Assembly (NCBI GenBank): GCA_046563655.1
Contig: JAJCTO010000010.1
Coordinates: 248,001-312,000, forward strand
Direction: 5' to 3'
DNA length: 64,000 nucleotides
DNA from: Yuukianura sp. NJ FZ-2021
Lineage: Eukaryota
Shown: piece after piece, positions 1 to 15,000 of the stretch
Position numbering within the stretch: the first letter of the stretch is position 1
Layout of the letters: each line of letters begins with the position of its first letter
Translations under genes and position numbers: made by a program
Notes under the pieces: generated by a model
What the model saw: the letters and a program-made list of their open reading frames with translations, nothing else
Told to the model about the DNA's origin: nothing
Database searches by the model: none

Positions 1-3000
1 TATCGCAAGTTTCATAAATCAGGCCAGTGATATAGATATCGTGACTTGCACGTTCCGAGGTCATTCTGTGAATGAAAGTTCATATTATTAACAAATGCTA
101 CATGAGTCCTCCTGGATCAAGAAAAATTACCTCGAAATAGATTTTATTAACGGAGAAAATTGAAAGCACTAATATGGCATCTTACAAAAATTAAGCGTCA
201 ACTGAACCCAGTGAGATAGATATCGTGACTTGCACGTTCCGAGGGCATTCTGTCAATTAAAGTTCATATCATTAACAAATGCTACATGAGTCCTCCTGGA
301 TCAAGAAAAATTACCTCGAAATAGATTTTATTAACGGAGAAAATTGAAAGCACTAATATGGCATCTTACAAAAATTAAGCGTCAACTGAACCCAGTGAGA
401 TAGATATCGTGACTTGCACGTTCCGAGGTCATTCTGTCAATGAAAGTTCATACCATTAACAAATGCTACATGAGTCCTCTTGGATCAAGAAAAATTACCT
501 CGAAATAGACTTTTTTAACAGAGAAAGTTGAAAGCACTAATATCGCAAGTTTCATAAATCAAGCCAGTGATATAGATATCGTGACTTGCACGTTCCGAGG
601 TCATTCTGTCAATGAAAGTTCATATTATTAACAAATGCTACATGAGTCCTCCTGGATGAAGAAAAATTACCTCGAAATAGACTTTTTTAACGGAGAAAAT
701 TGAAAGCACTAATATGGCATCTTACAAAGATTAAGCGTCAACTGAACCCAGTGAGATAGATATCGTGACTTGAACGTTCCGAGGTCATTCTGTCAATTAA
801 AGTTCATATCATTAACAAATGCTACATGACTCCTCCTGGATCAAGAAAAATTACCTCGAAATAGATTTTATTAACGGAGAAAATTGAAAGCACTAATATG
901 GCATCTTACAAAAATTAAGCGTCAACTGAACCCAGTGAGATAGATATCGTGACTTGCACGTTCCGAGGTCATTCTGTCAATGAAAGTTCATATCATTAAC
1001 AAATGCTACATGAGTCCTCTTGGATCAAGAAAAATTACCTCGAAATAGACTTTTTTAACAGAGAAAGTTGAAAGCACTAATATCGCAAGTTTCATAAATC
1101 AAGCCAGTGATATAGATATCGTGACTTGCACGTTCCGAGGTCATTCTGTCAATGAAAGTTCATATTATTAACAAATGCTACATGAGTCCTCCTGGATCAA
1201 GAAAAATTACCTCGAAATAGATTTTATTAACGGAGAAAATTGAAAGCACTAATATGGCATCTTACAAAAATTAAGCGTCAACTGAACCCAGTGAGATAGA
1301 TATCGTGACTTGCACGTTCCGAGGTCATTCTGTCAATTAAAGTTCATCCCATTAACAAATGCTACATGAGTCCTCTTGGATCAAGAAAAATTACCTCGAA
1401 ATAGACTTTTTTAACAGAGAAAGTTGAAAGCACTAATATCGCAAGTTTCATAAATCAAGCCAGTGATATAGATATCGTGACTTGCACGTTCCGAGGTCAT
1501 TCTGTCAATGAAAGTTCATATTATTAACAAATGCTACATGAGTCCTCCTGGATGAAGAAAAATTACCTCGAAATAGACTTTTTTAACGGAGAAAATTGAA
1601 AGCACTAATATGGCATCTTACAAAGATTAAGCGTCAACTGAACCCAGTGAGATAGATATCGTGACTTGCACGTTCCGAGGTCATTCTGTCAATGAAAGTT
1701 CATATCATTAACAAACGCTACATGAGTCCTCCTGGATGAAGAAAAATTACCTCGAAATAGACTTTTAACGAGAAAATTGAAAGCACTAATATGGCATCTT
1801 ACAAAAATTAAGCGTCAACTTAACCCAGTGAGATAGATATCGTGACTTGCACGTTCCGAGGTCATTCTGTCAATGAAAGTTCATATCATTAACAAATGCT
1901 ACATGAGTCCTCCTGGATGAAGAAAAATTACCTCGAAATAGAATTTTAACGGAGAAAATTGAAAGCACTAATATGGCATCTTACAAAAATTAAGCGTCAA
2001 CTGAACCCAGTGAGATAGATATCGTGACTTGCACGTTCCGAGGTCATTCTGTCAATGAAAGTTCATACCATTAACAAATGCTACATGAGTCCTCTTGGAT
2101 CAAGAAAAATTACCTCGAAATAGAATTTATTAACAGAGAAAGTTGAAAGCACTAATATCGCAAGTTTCATAAATTAAGCCAGTGATATAGATATCGTGAC
2201 TTGCACGTTCCGAGGTCATTCTGTCAATGAAAGTTCATATTATTAACAAATGCTACATGAGTCCTCCTGGATGAAGAAAAATTACCTCGAAATAGACTTT
2301 TTTAACGGAGAAAATTGAAAGCACTAATATGGCATCTTACAAAGATTAAGCGTCAACTGAACCCAGTGAGATAGATATCGTGACTTGAACGTTCCGAGGT
2401 CATTCTGTCAATTAAAGTTCATATCATTAACAAATGCTACATGACTCCTCCTGGATCAAGAAAAATTACCTCGAAATAGATTTTATTAGCGGAGAAAATT
2501 GAAAGCACTAATATGGCATCTTACAAAAATTAAGCGTCAACTGAACCCAGTGAGATAGATATCGTGACTTGCACGTTCCGAGGTCATTCTGTCAATGAAA
2601 GTTCATATCATTAACAAATGCTACATGAGTCCTCTTGGATCAAGAAAAATTACCTCGAAATAGACTTTTTAACAGAGAAAGTTGAAAGCACTAATATCGC
2701 AAGTTTCATAAATCAAGCCAGTGATATAGATATCGTGACTTGCACGTTCCGAGGTCATTCTGTCAATGAAAGTTCATATTATTAACAAATGCTACATGAG
2801 TCCTCCTGGATCAAGAAAAATTACCTCGAAATAGATTTTATTAACGGAGAAAATTGAAAGCACTAATATGGCATCTTACAAAAATTAAGCGTCAACTGAA
2901 CCCAGTGAGATAGATATCGTGACTTGCACGTTCCGAGGTCATTCTGTCAATTAAAGTTCATATCATTAACAAATGCTACATGAGTCCTCCTGGATCAAGA

Positions 3001-6000
3001 AAAATTACCTCGAAATAGATTTTATTAACGGAGAAAATTGAAAGCACTAATATGGCATCTTACAAAAATTAAGCGTCAACTGAACCCAGTGAGATAGATA
3101 TCGTGACTTGCACGTTCCGAGGTCATTCTGTCAATGAAAGTTCATACCATTAACAAATGCTACATGAGTCCTCTTGGATCAAGAAAAATTACCTCGAAAT
3201 AGACTTTTTAACAGAGAAAGTTGAAAGCACTAATATCGCAAGTTTCATAAATCAAGCCAGTGATATAGATATCATGACTTGCACGTTCCGAGGTCATTCT
3301 GTCAATGAAAGTTCATATTATTAACAAATGCTACATGAGTCCTCCTGGATGAAGAAAAATTACCTCGAAATAGACTTTTTTAACGGAGAAAATTGAAAGC
3401 ACTAATATGGCATCTTACAAAGATTAAGCGTCAACTGAACCCAGTGAGATAGATATCGTGACTTGAACGTTCCGAGGTCATTCTGTCAATTAAAGTTCAT
3501 ATCATTAACAAATGCTACATGACTCCTCCTGGATCAAGAAAAATTACCTCGAAATAGATTTTATTAACGGAGAAAATTGAAAGCACTAATATGGCATCTT
3601 ACAAAAATTAAGCGTCAACTGAACCCAGTGAGATAGATATCGTGACTTGCACGTTCCGAGGTCATTCTGTCAATGAAAGTTCATATCATTAACAAATGCT
3701 ACATGAGTCCTCTTGGATCAAGAAAAATTACCTCGAAATAGACTTTTTTAACAGAGAAAGTTGAAAGCACTAATATCGCAAGTTTCATAAATCAAGCCAG
3801 TGATATAGATATCGTGACTTGCACGTTCCGAGGTCATTCTGTCAATGAAAGTTCATATTATTAACAAATGCTACATGAGTCCTCCTGGATCAAGAAAAAT
3901 TACCTCGAAATAGATTTTATTAACGGAGAAAATTGAAAGCACTAATATGGCATCTTACAAAAATTAAGCGTCAACTGAACCCAGTGAGATAGATATCGTG
4001 ACTTGCACGTTCCGAGGTCATTCTGTCAATTAAAGTTCATATTATTAACAAATGCTACATGAGTCCTCCTGGATGAAGAAAAATTACCTCGAAATAGACT
4101 TTTTTAACGGAGAAAATTGAAAGCACTAATATGGCATCTTACAAAGATTAAGCGTCAACTGAACCCAGTGAGATAGATATCGTGACTTGCACGTTCCGAG
4201 GTCATTCTGTCAATGAAAGTTCATATCATTAACAAACGCTACATGAGTCCTCCTGGATGAAGAAAAATTACCTCGAAATAGACTTTTAACGAGAAAATTG
4301 AAAGCACTAATATGGCATCTTACAAAAATTAAGCGTCAACTTAACCCAGTGAGATAGATATCGTGACTTGCACGTTCCGAGGTCATTCTGTCAATGAAAG
4401 TTCATATCATTAACAAATGCTACATGAGTCCTCTTGGATCAAGAAAAATTACCTCGAAATAGACTTTTTTAACAGAGAAAGTTGAAAGCACTAATATCGC
4501 AAGTTTCATAAATCAAGCCAGTGATATAGATATCATGACTTGCACGTTCCGAGGTCATTCTGTCAATGAAAGTTCATATTATTAACAAATGCTACATGAG
4601 TCCTCCTGGATGAAGAAAAATTACCTCGAAATAGACTTTTTTAACGGAGAAAATTGAAAGCACTAATATGGCATCTTACAAAGATTAAGCGTCAACTGAA
4701 CCCAGTGAGATAGATATCGTGACTTGAACGTTCCGAGGTCATTCTGTCAATTAAAGTTCATATCATTAACAAATGCTACATGACTCCTCCTGGATCAAGA
4801 AAAATTACCTCGAAATAGATTTTATTAACGGAGAAAATTGAAAGCACTAATATGGCATCTTACAAAAATTAAGCGTCAACTGAACCCAGTGAGATAGATA
4901 TCGTGACTTGCACGTTCCGAGGTCATTCTGTCAATGAAAGTTCATATCATTAACAAATGCTACATGAGTCCTCTTGGATCAAGAAAAATTACCTCGAAAT
5001 AGACTTTTTAACAGAGAAAGTTGAAAGCACTAATATCGCAAGTTTCATAAATCAAGCCAGTGATATAGATATCGTGACTTGCACGTTCCGAGGTCATTCT
5101 GTCAATGAAAGTTCATATTATTAACAAATGCTACATGAGTCCTCCTGGATCAAGAAAAATTACCTCGAAATAGATTTTATTAACGGAGAAAATTGAAAGC
5201 ACTAATATGGCATCTTACAAAAATTAAGCGTCAACTGAACCCAGTGAGATAGATATCGTGACTTGCACGTTCCGAGGTCATTCTGTCAATTAAAGTTCAT
5301 ATTATTAACAAATGCTACATGAGTCCTCCTGGATGAAGAAAAATTACCTCGAAATAGACTTTTTTAACGGAGAAAATTGAAAGCACTAATATGGCATCTT
5401 ACAAAGATTAAGCGTCAACTGAACCCAGTGAGATAGATATCGTGACTTGCACGTTCCGAGGTCATTCTGTCAATGAAAGTTCATATCATTAACAAACGCT
5501 ACATGAGTCCTCCTGGATGAAGAAAAATTACCTCGAAATAGACTTTTAACGAGAAAATTGAAAGCACTAATATGGCATCTTACAAAAATTAAGCGTCAAC
5601 TTAACCCAGTGAGATAGATATCGTGACTTGCACGTTCCGAGGTCATTCTGTCAATGAAAGTTCATATCATTAACAAATGCTACATGAGTCCTCTTGGATC
5701 AAGAAAAATTACCTCGAAATAGACTTTTTAACAGAGAAAGTTGAAAGCACTAATATCGCAAGTTTCATAAATCAAGCCAGTGATATAGATATCATGACTT
5801 GCACGTTCCGAGGTCATTCTGTCAATGAAAGTTCATATTATTAACAAATGCTACATGAGTCCTCCTGGATGAAGAAAAATTACCTCGAAATAGACTTTTT
5901 AACGGAGAAAATTGAAAGCACTAATATGGCATCTTACAAAGATTAAGCGTCAACTGAACCCAGTGAGATAGATATCGTGACTTGAACGTTCCGAGGTCAT

Positions 6001-9000
6001 TCTGTCAATTAAAGTTCATATCATTAACAAATGCTACATGACTCCTCCTGGATCAAGAAAAATTACCTCGAAATAGATTTTATTAACGGAGAAAATTGAA
6101 AGCACTAATATGGCATCTTACAAAAATTAAGCGTCAACTGAACCCAGTGAGATAGATATCGTGACTTGCACGTTCCGAGGTCATTCTGTCAATGAAAGTT
6201 CATATCATTAACAAATGCTACATGAGTCCTCTTGGATCAAGAAAAATTACCTCGAAATAGACTTTTTTAACAGAGAAAGTTGAAAGCACTAATATCGCAA
6301 GTTTCATAAATCAAGCCAGTGATATAGATATCGTGACTTGCACGTTCCGAGGTCATTCTGTCAATGAAAGTTCATATTATTAACAAATGCTACATGAGTC
6401 CTCCTGGATCAAGAAAAATTACCTCGAAATAGATTTTATTAACGGAGAAAATTGAAAGCACTAATATGGCATCTTACAAAAATTAAGCGTCAACTGAACC
6501 CAGTGAGATAGATATCGTGACTTGCACGTTCCGAGGTCATTCTGTCAATTAAAGTTCATCCCATTAACAAATGCTACATGAGTCCTCTTGGATCAAGAAA
6601 AATTACCTCGAAATAGACTTTTTAACAGAGAAAGTTGAAAGCACTAATATCGCAAGTTTCATAAATTAAGCCAGTGATATAGATATCGTGACTTGCACGT
6701 TCCGAGGTCATTCTGTCAATGAAAGTTCATATTATTAACAAATGCTACATGAGTCCTCCTGGATGAAGAAAAATTACCTCGAAATAGACTTTTTTAACGG
6801 AGAAAATTGAAAGCACTAATATGGCATCTTACAAAGATTAAGCGTCAACTGAACCCAGTGAGATAGATATCGTGACTTGCACGTTCCGAGGTCATTCTGT
6901 CAATGAAAGTTCATATCATTAACAAACGCTACATGAGTCCTCCTGGATGAAGAAAAATTACCTCGAAATAGACTTTTAACGAGAAAATTGAAAGCACTAA
7001 TATGGCATCTTACAAAAATTAAGCGTCAACTTAACCCAGTGAGATAGATATCGTGACTTGCACGTTCCGAGGTCATTCTGTCAATGAAAGTTCATATCAT
7101 TAACAAATGCTACATGAGTCCTCCTGGATGAAGAAAAATTACCTCGAAATAGAATTTTAACGGAGAAAATTGAAAGCACTAATATGGCATCTTACAAAAA
7201 TTAAGCGTCAACTGAACCCAGTGAGATAGATATCGTGACTTGCACGTTCCGAGGTCATTCTGTCAATGAAAGTTCATACCATTAACAAATGCTACATGAG
7301 TCCTCTTGGATCAAGAAAAATTACCTCGAAATAGACTTTTTTAGCAGAGAAAGTTGAAAGCACTAATATCGCAAGTTTCATAAATTAAGCCAGTGATATA
7401 GATATCGTGACTTGCACGTTCCGAGGTCATTCTGTCAATGAAAGTTCATATTATTAACAAATGCTACATGAGTCCTCCTGGATGAAGAAAAATTACCTCG
7501 AAATAGACTTTTTAACGGAGAAAATTGAAAGCACTAATATGGCATCTTACAAAGATTAAGCGTCAACTGAACCCAGTGAGATAGATATCGTGACTTGCAC
7601 GTTCCGAGGTCATTCTGTCAATTAAAGTTCATATTATTAACAAATGCTACATGAGTCCTCCTGGATGAAGAAAAATTACCTCGAAATAGACTTTTTTAAC
7701 GGAGAAAATTGAAAGCACTAATATGGCATCTTACAAAGATTAAGCGTCAACTGAACCCTGTGAGATAGATATCGTGACTTGCACGTTCCGAGGTCATTCT
7801 GTCAATTAAAGTTCATATCATTAACAAATGCTACATGAGTCCTCCTGGATCAAGAAAAATTACCTCGAAATAGATTTTATTAACGGAGAAAATTGAAAGC
7901 ACTAATATGGCATCTTACAAAAATTATGCGTCAACTGAACCCAGTGAGATAGATATCGTGTCTTGCACGTTCCGAGGTCATTCTGTCAATGAAAGTTCAT
8001 ATCATTAACAAATGCTACATGAGTCCTCTTGGATCAAGAAAAATTACCTCGAAATAGACTTTTTTAACGGAGAAAGTTGAAAGCACTAATATGGCATCTT
8101 ACAAAAATTAAGCGTCAACTGAACCCAGTGAGATAGATATCGTGACTTGCACGTTCCGAGGTCATTCTGTCAATTAAAGTTCATATCATTAACAAATGCT
8201 ACATGAGTCCTCCTGGATCAAGAAAAATTACCTCGAAATAGATTTTTTTAACGGAGAAAATTGAAAGCACTAATATGGCATCTTACAAAAATTAAGTGTC
8301 AACTGAACCCAGTGAGATAGATATCGTGACTTGTACGTTCCGAGGTCATTCTGTCAATTAAAGTTCATACCATTAACAAATGCTACATGAGTCCTCTTGG
8401 ATCAAGAAAAATTACCTCGAAATAGACTTTTTTAACAGAGAAAGTTGAAAGCACTAATATCGCAAGTTTCATAAATTAAGCCAGTGATATAGATATCGTG
8501 ACTTGCACGTTCCGAGGTCATTCTGTCAATGAAAGTTCATATTATTAACAAATGCTACATGAGTCCTCCTGGATGAAGAAAAATTACCTCGAAATAGACT
8601 TTTTTAACGGAGAAAATTGAAAGCACTAATATGGCATCTTACAAAGATTAAGCGTCAACTGAACCCAGTGAGATAGATATCGTGACTTGCACGTTCCGAG
8701 GTCATTCTGTCAATTAAAGTTCATATTATTAACAAATGCTACATGAGTCCTCCTGGATGAAGAAAAATTACCTCGAAATAGACTTTTTTAACGGAGAAAA
8801 TTGAAAGCACTAATATGGCATCTTACAAAAATTAAGCGTCAACTGAACCCAGTGAGATAGATATCGTGACTTGCACGTTCCGAGGTCATTCTGTCAATTA
8901 AAGTTCATATCATTAACAAATGCTACATGAGTCCTCCTGGATGAAGAAAAATTACCTCGAAATAGACTTTTTTAACGGAGAAAATTGAAAGCACTAATAT

Positions 9001-12000
9001 GGCATCTTACAAAAATTAAGCGTCAACTGAACCCAGTGAGATAGATATCGTGACTTGCACGTTCCGAGGTCATTCTGTCAATTAAAGTTCATATCATTAA
9101 CAAATGCTACATGAGTCCTCCTGGATGAAGAAAAATTACCTCGAAATAGACTTTTTTAACGGAGAAAATTGAAAGCACTAATATGGCATCTTACAAAGAT
9201 TAAGCGTCAACTGAACCCAGTGAGATAGATATCGTGACTTGCACGTTCCGAGGTCATTCTGTCAATTAAAGTTCATATTATTAACAAATGCTACATGAGT
9301 CCTCCTGGATGAAGAAAAATTACCTCGAAATAGACTTTTTAACGGAGAAAATTGAAAGCACTAATATGGCATCTTACAAAGATTAAGCGTCAACTGAACC
9401 CTGTGAGATAGATATCGTGACTTGCACGTTCCGAGGTCATTCTGTCAATTAAAGTTCATATCATTAACAAATGCTACATGAGTCCTCCTGGATCAAGAAA
9501 AATTACCTCGAAATAGATTTTATTAACGGAGAAAATTGAAAGCACTAATATGGCATCTTACAAAAATTATGCGTCAACTGAACCCAGTGAGATAGATATC
9601 GTGTCTTGCACGTTCCGAGGTCATTCTGTCAATGAAAGTTCATATCATTAACAAATGCTACATGAGTCCTCTTGGATCAAGAAAAATTACCTCGAAATAG
9701 ACTTTTTTAACGGAGAAAGTTGAAAGCACTAATATGGCATCTTACAAAAATTAAGCGTCAACTGAACCCAGTGAGATAGATATCGTGACTTGCACGTTCC
9801 GAGGTCATTCTGTCAATTAAAGTTCATATCATTAACAAATGCTACATGAGTCCTCCTGGATCAAGAAAAATTACCTCGAAATAGATTTTTTTAACGGAGA
9901 AAATTGAAAGCACTAATATGGCATCTTACAAAAATTAAGTGTCAACTGAACCCAGTGAGATAGATATCGTGACTTGTACGTTCCGAGGTCATTCTGTCAA
10001 TTAAAGTTCATACCATTAACAAATGCTACATGAGTCCTCTTGGATCAAGAAAAATTACCTCGAAATAGACTTTTTTAACAGAGAAAGTTGAAAGCACTAA
10101 TATCGCAAGTTTCATAAATTAAGCCAGTGATATAGATATCGTGACTTGCACGTTCCGAGGTCATTCTGTCAATGAAAGTTCATATTATTAACAAATGCTA
10201 CATGAGTCCTCCTGGATGAAGAAAAATTACCTCGAAATAGACTTTTTTAACGGAGAAAATTGAAAGCACTAATATGGCATCTTACAAAGATTAAGCGTCA
10301 ACTGAACCCAGTGAGATAGATATCGTGACTTGCACGTTCCGAGGTCATTCTGTCAATTAAAGTTCATATTATTAACAAATGCTACATGAGTCCTCCTGGA
10401 TGAAGAAAAATTACCTCGAAATAGACTTTTTTAACGGAGAAAATTGAAAGCACTAATATGGCATCTTACAAAAATTAAGCGTCAACTGAACCCAGTGAGA
10501 TAGATATCGTGACTTGCACGTTCCGAGGTCATTCTGTCAATGAAAGTTCATATCATTAACAAATGCTACATGAGTCCTCTTGGATCAAGAAAAATTACCT
10601 CGAAATAGACTTTTTTAACAGAGAAAGTTGAAAGCACTAATATCGCAAGTTTCATAAATCAAGCCAGTGATATAGATATCGTGACTTGCACGTTCCGAGG
10701 TCATTCTGTCAATGAAAGTTCATATTATTAACAAATGCTACATGAGTCCTCCTGGATCAAGAAAAATTACCTCGAAATAGATTTTATTAACGGAGAAAAT
10801 TGAAAGCACTAATATGGCATCTTACAAAAATTAAGCGTCAACTGAACCCAGTGAGATAGATATCGTGACTTGCACGTTCCGAGGTCATTCTGTCAATTAA
10901 AGTTCATATCATTAACAAATGCTACATGAGTCCTCCTGGATCAAGAAAAATTACCTCGAAATAGATTTTATTAACGGAGAAAATTGAAAGCACTAATATG
11001 GCATCTTACAAAAATTAAGCGTCAACTGAACCCAGTGAGATAGATATCGTGACTTGCACGTTCCGAGGTCATTCTGTCAATGAAAGTTCATACCATTAAC
11101 AAATGCTACATGAGTCCTCTTGGATCAAGAAAAATTACCTCGAAATAGACTTTTTTAACAGAGAAAGTTGAAAGCACTAATATCGCAAGTTTCATAAATC
11201 AAGCCAGTGATATAGATATCATGACTTGCACGTTCCGAGGTCATTCTGTCAATGAAAGTTCATATTATTAACAAATGCTACATGAGTCCTCCTGGATGAA
11301 GAAAAATTACCTCGAAATAGACTTTTTAACGGAGAAAATTGAAAGCACTAATATGGCATCTTACAAAGATTAAGCGTCAACTGAACCCAGTGAGATAGAT
11401 ATCGTGACTTGAACGTTCCGAGGTCATTCTGTCAATTAAAGTTCATATCATTAACAAATGCTACATGACTCCTCCTGGATCAAGAAAAATTACCTCGAAA
11501 TAGATTTTATTAACGGAGAAAATTGAAAGCACTAATATGGCATCTTACAAAAATTAAGCGTCAACTGAACCCAGTGAGATAGATATCGTGACTTGCACGT
11601 TCCGAGGTCATTCTGTCAATGAAAGTTCATATCATTAACAAATGCTACATGAGTCCTCTTGGATCAAGAAAAATTACCTCGAAATAGACTTTTTTAACAG
11701 AGAAAGTTGAAAGCACTAATATCGCAAGTTTCATAAATCAAGCCAGTGATATAGATATCGTGACTTGCACGTTCCGAGGTCATTCTGTCAATGAAAGTTC
11801 ATATTATTAACAAATGCTACATGAGTCCTCCTGGATCAAGAAAAATTACCTCGAAATAGATTTTATTAACGGAGAAAATTGAAAGCACTAATATGGCATC
11901 TTACAAAAATTAAGCGTCAACTGAACCCAGTGAGATAGATATCGTGACTTGCACGTTCCGAGGTCATTCTGTCAATTAAAGTTCATATTATTAACAAATG

Positions 12001-15000
12001 CTACATGAGTCCTCCTGGATGAAGAAAAATTACCTCGAAATAGACTTTTTTAACGGAGAAAATTGAAAGCACTAATATGGCATCTTACAAAGATTAAGCG
12101 TCAACTGAACCCAGTGAGATAGATATCGTGACTTGCACGTTCCGAGGTCATTCTGTCAATGAAAGTTCATATCATTAACAAACGCTACATGAGTCCTCCT
12201 GGATGAAGAAAAATTACCTCGAAATAGACTTTTAACGAGAAAATTGAAAGCACTAATATGGCATCTTACAAAAATTAAGCGTCAACTTAACCCAGTGAGA
12301 TAGATATCGTGACTTGCACGTTCCGAGGTCATTCTGTCAATGAAAGTTCATATCATTAACAAATGCTACATGAGTCCTCTTGGATCAAGAAAAATTACCT
12401 CGAAATAGACTTTTTTAACAGAGAAAGTTGAAAGCACTAATATCGCAAGTTTCATAAATCAAGCCAGTGATATAGATATCATGACTTGCACGTTCCGAGG
12501 TCATTCTGTCAATGAAAGTTCATATTATTAACAAATGCTACATGAGTCCTCCTGGATGAAGAAAAATTACCTCGAAATAGACTTTTTTAACGGAGAAAAT
12601 TGAAAGCACTAATATGGCATCTTACAAAGATTAAGCGTCAACTGAACCCAGTGAGATAGATATCGTGACTTGAACGTTCCGAGGTCATTCTGTCAATTAA
12701 AGTTCATATCATTAACAAATGCTACATGACTCCTCCTGGATCAAGAAAAATTACCTCGAAATAGATTTTATTAACGGAGAAAATTGAAAGCACTAATATG
12801 GCATCTTACAAAAATTAAGCGTCAACTGAACCCAGTGAGATAGATATCGTGACTTGCACGTTCCGAGGTCATTCTGTCAATGAAAGTTCATATCATTAAC
12901 AAATGCTACATGAGTCCTCTTGGATCAAGAAAAATTACCTCGAAATAGACTTTTTTAACAGAGAAAGTTGAAAGCACTAATATCGCAAGTTTCATAAATC
13001 AAGCCAGTGATATAGATATCGTGACTTGCACGTTCCGAGGTCATTCTGTCAATGAAAGTTCATATTATTAACAAATGCTACATGAGTCCTCCTGGATCAA
13101 GAAAAATTACCTCGAAATAGATTTTATTAACGGAGAAAATTGAAAGCACTAATATGGCATCTTACAAAAATTAAGCGTCAACTGAACCCAGTGAGATAGA
13201 TATCGTGACTTGCACGTTCCGAGGTCATTCTGTCAATTAAAGTTCATCCCATTAACAAATGCTACATGAGTCCTCTTGGATCAAGAAAAATTACCTCGAA
13301 ATAGACTTTTTTAACAGAGAAAGTTGAAAGCACTAATATCGCAAGTTTCATAAATTAAGCCAGTGATATAGATATCGTGACTTGCACGTTCCGAGGTCAT
13401 TCTGTCAATGAAAGTTCATATTATTAACAAATGCTACATGAGTCCTCCTGGATGAAGAAAAATTACCTCGAAATAGACTTTTTTAACGGAGAAAATTGAA
13501 AGCACTAATATGGCATCTTACAAAGATTAAGCGTCAACTGAACCCAGTGAGATAGATATCGTGACTTGCACGTTCCGAGGTCATTCTGTCAATGAAAGTT
13601 CATATCATTAACAAACGCTACATGAGTCCTCCTGGATGAAGAAAAATTACCTCGAAATAGACTTTTAACGAGAAAATTGAAAGCACTAATATGGCATCTT
13701 ACAAAAATTAAGCGTCAACTTAACCCAGTGAGATAGATATCGTGACTTGCACGTTCCGAGGTCATTCTGTCAATGAAAGTTCATATCATTAACAAATGCT
13801 ACATGAGTCCTCCTGGATGAAGAAAAATTACCTCGAAATAGAATTTTAACGGAGAAAATTGAAAGCACTAATATGGCATCTTACAAAAATTAAGCGTCAA
13901 CTGAACCCAGTGAGATAGATATCGTGACTTGCACGTTCCGAGGTCATTCTGTCAATGAAAGTTCATACCATTAACAAATGCTACATGAGTCCTCTTGGAT
14001 CAAGAAAAATTACCTCGAAATAGACTTTTTTAGCAGAGAAAGTTGAAAGCACTAATATCGCAAGTTTCATAAATTAAGCCAGTGATATAGATATCGTGAC
14101 TTGCACGTTCCGAGGTCATTCTGTCAATGAAAGTTCATATTATTAACAAATGCTACATGAGTCCTCCTGGATGAAGAAAAATTACCTCGAAATAGACTTT
14201 TTTAACGGAGAAAATTGAAAGCACTAATATGGCATCTTACAAAGATTAAGCGTCAACTGAACCCAGTGAGATAGATATCGTGACTTGCACGTTCCGAGGT
14301 CATTCTGTCAATTAAAGTTCATATTATTAACAAATGCTACATGAGTCCTCCTGGATGAAGAAAAATTACCTCGAAATAGACTTTTTAACGGAGAAAATTG
14401 AAAGCACTAATATGGCATCTTACAAAGATTAAGCGTCAACTGAACCCTGTGAGATAGATATCGTGACTTGCACGTTCCGAGGTCATTCTGTCAATTAAAG
14501 TTCATATCATTAACAAATGCTACATGAGTCCTCCTGGATCAAGAAAAATTACCTCGAAATAGATTTTATTAACGGAGAAAATTGAAAGCACTAATATGGC
14601 ATCTTACAAAAATTATGCGTCAACTGAACCCAGTGAGATAGATATCGTGTCTTGCACGTTCCGAGGTCATTCTGTCAATGAAAGTTCATATCATTAACAA
14701 ATGCTACATGAGTCCTCTTGGATCAAGAAAAATTACCTCGAAATAGACTTTTTTAACGGAGAAAGTTGAAAGCACTAATATGGCATCTTACAAAAATTAA
14801 GCGTCAACTGAACCCAGTGAGATAGATATCGTGACTTGCACGTTCCGAGGTCATTCTGTCAATTAAAGTTCATATCATTAACAAATGCTACATGAGTCCT
14901 CCTGGATCAAGAAAAATTACCTCGAAATAGATTTTTTTAACGGAGAAAATTGAAAGCACTAATATGGCATCTTACAAAAATTAAGTGTCAACTGAACCCA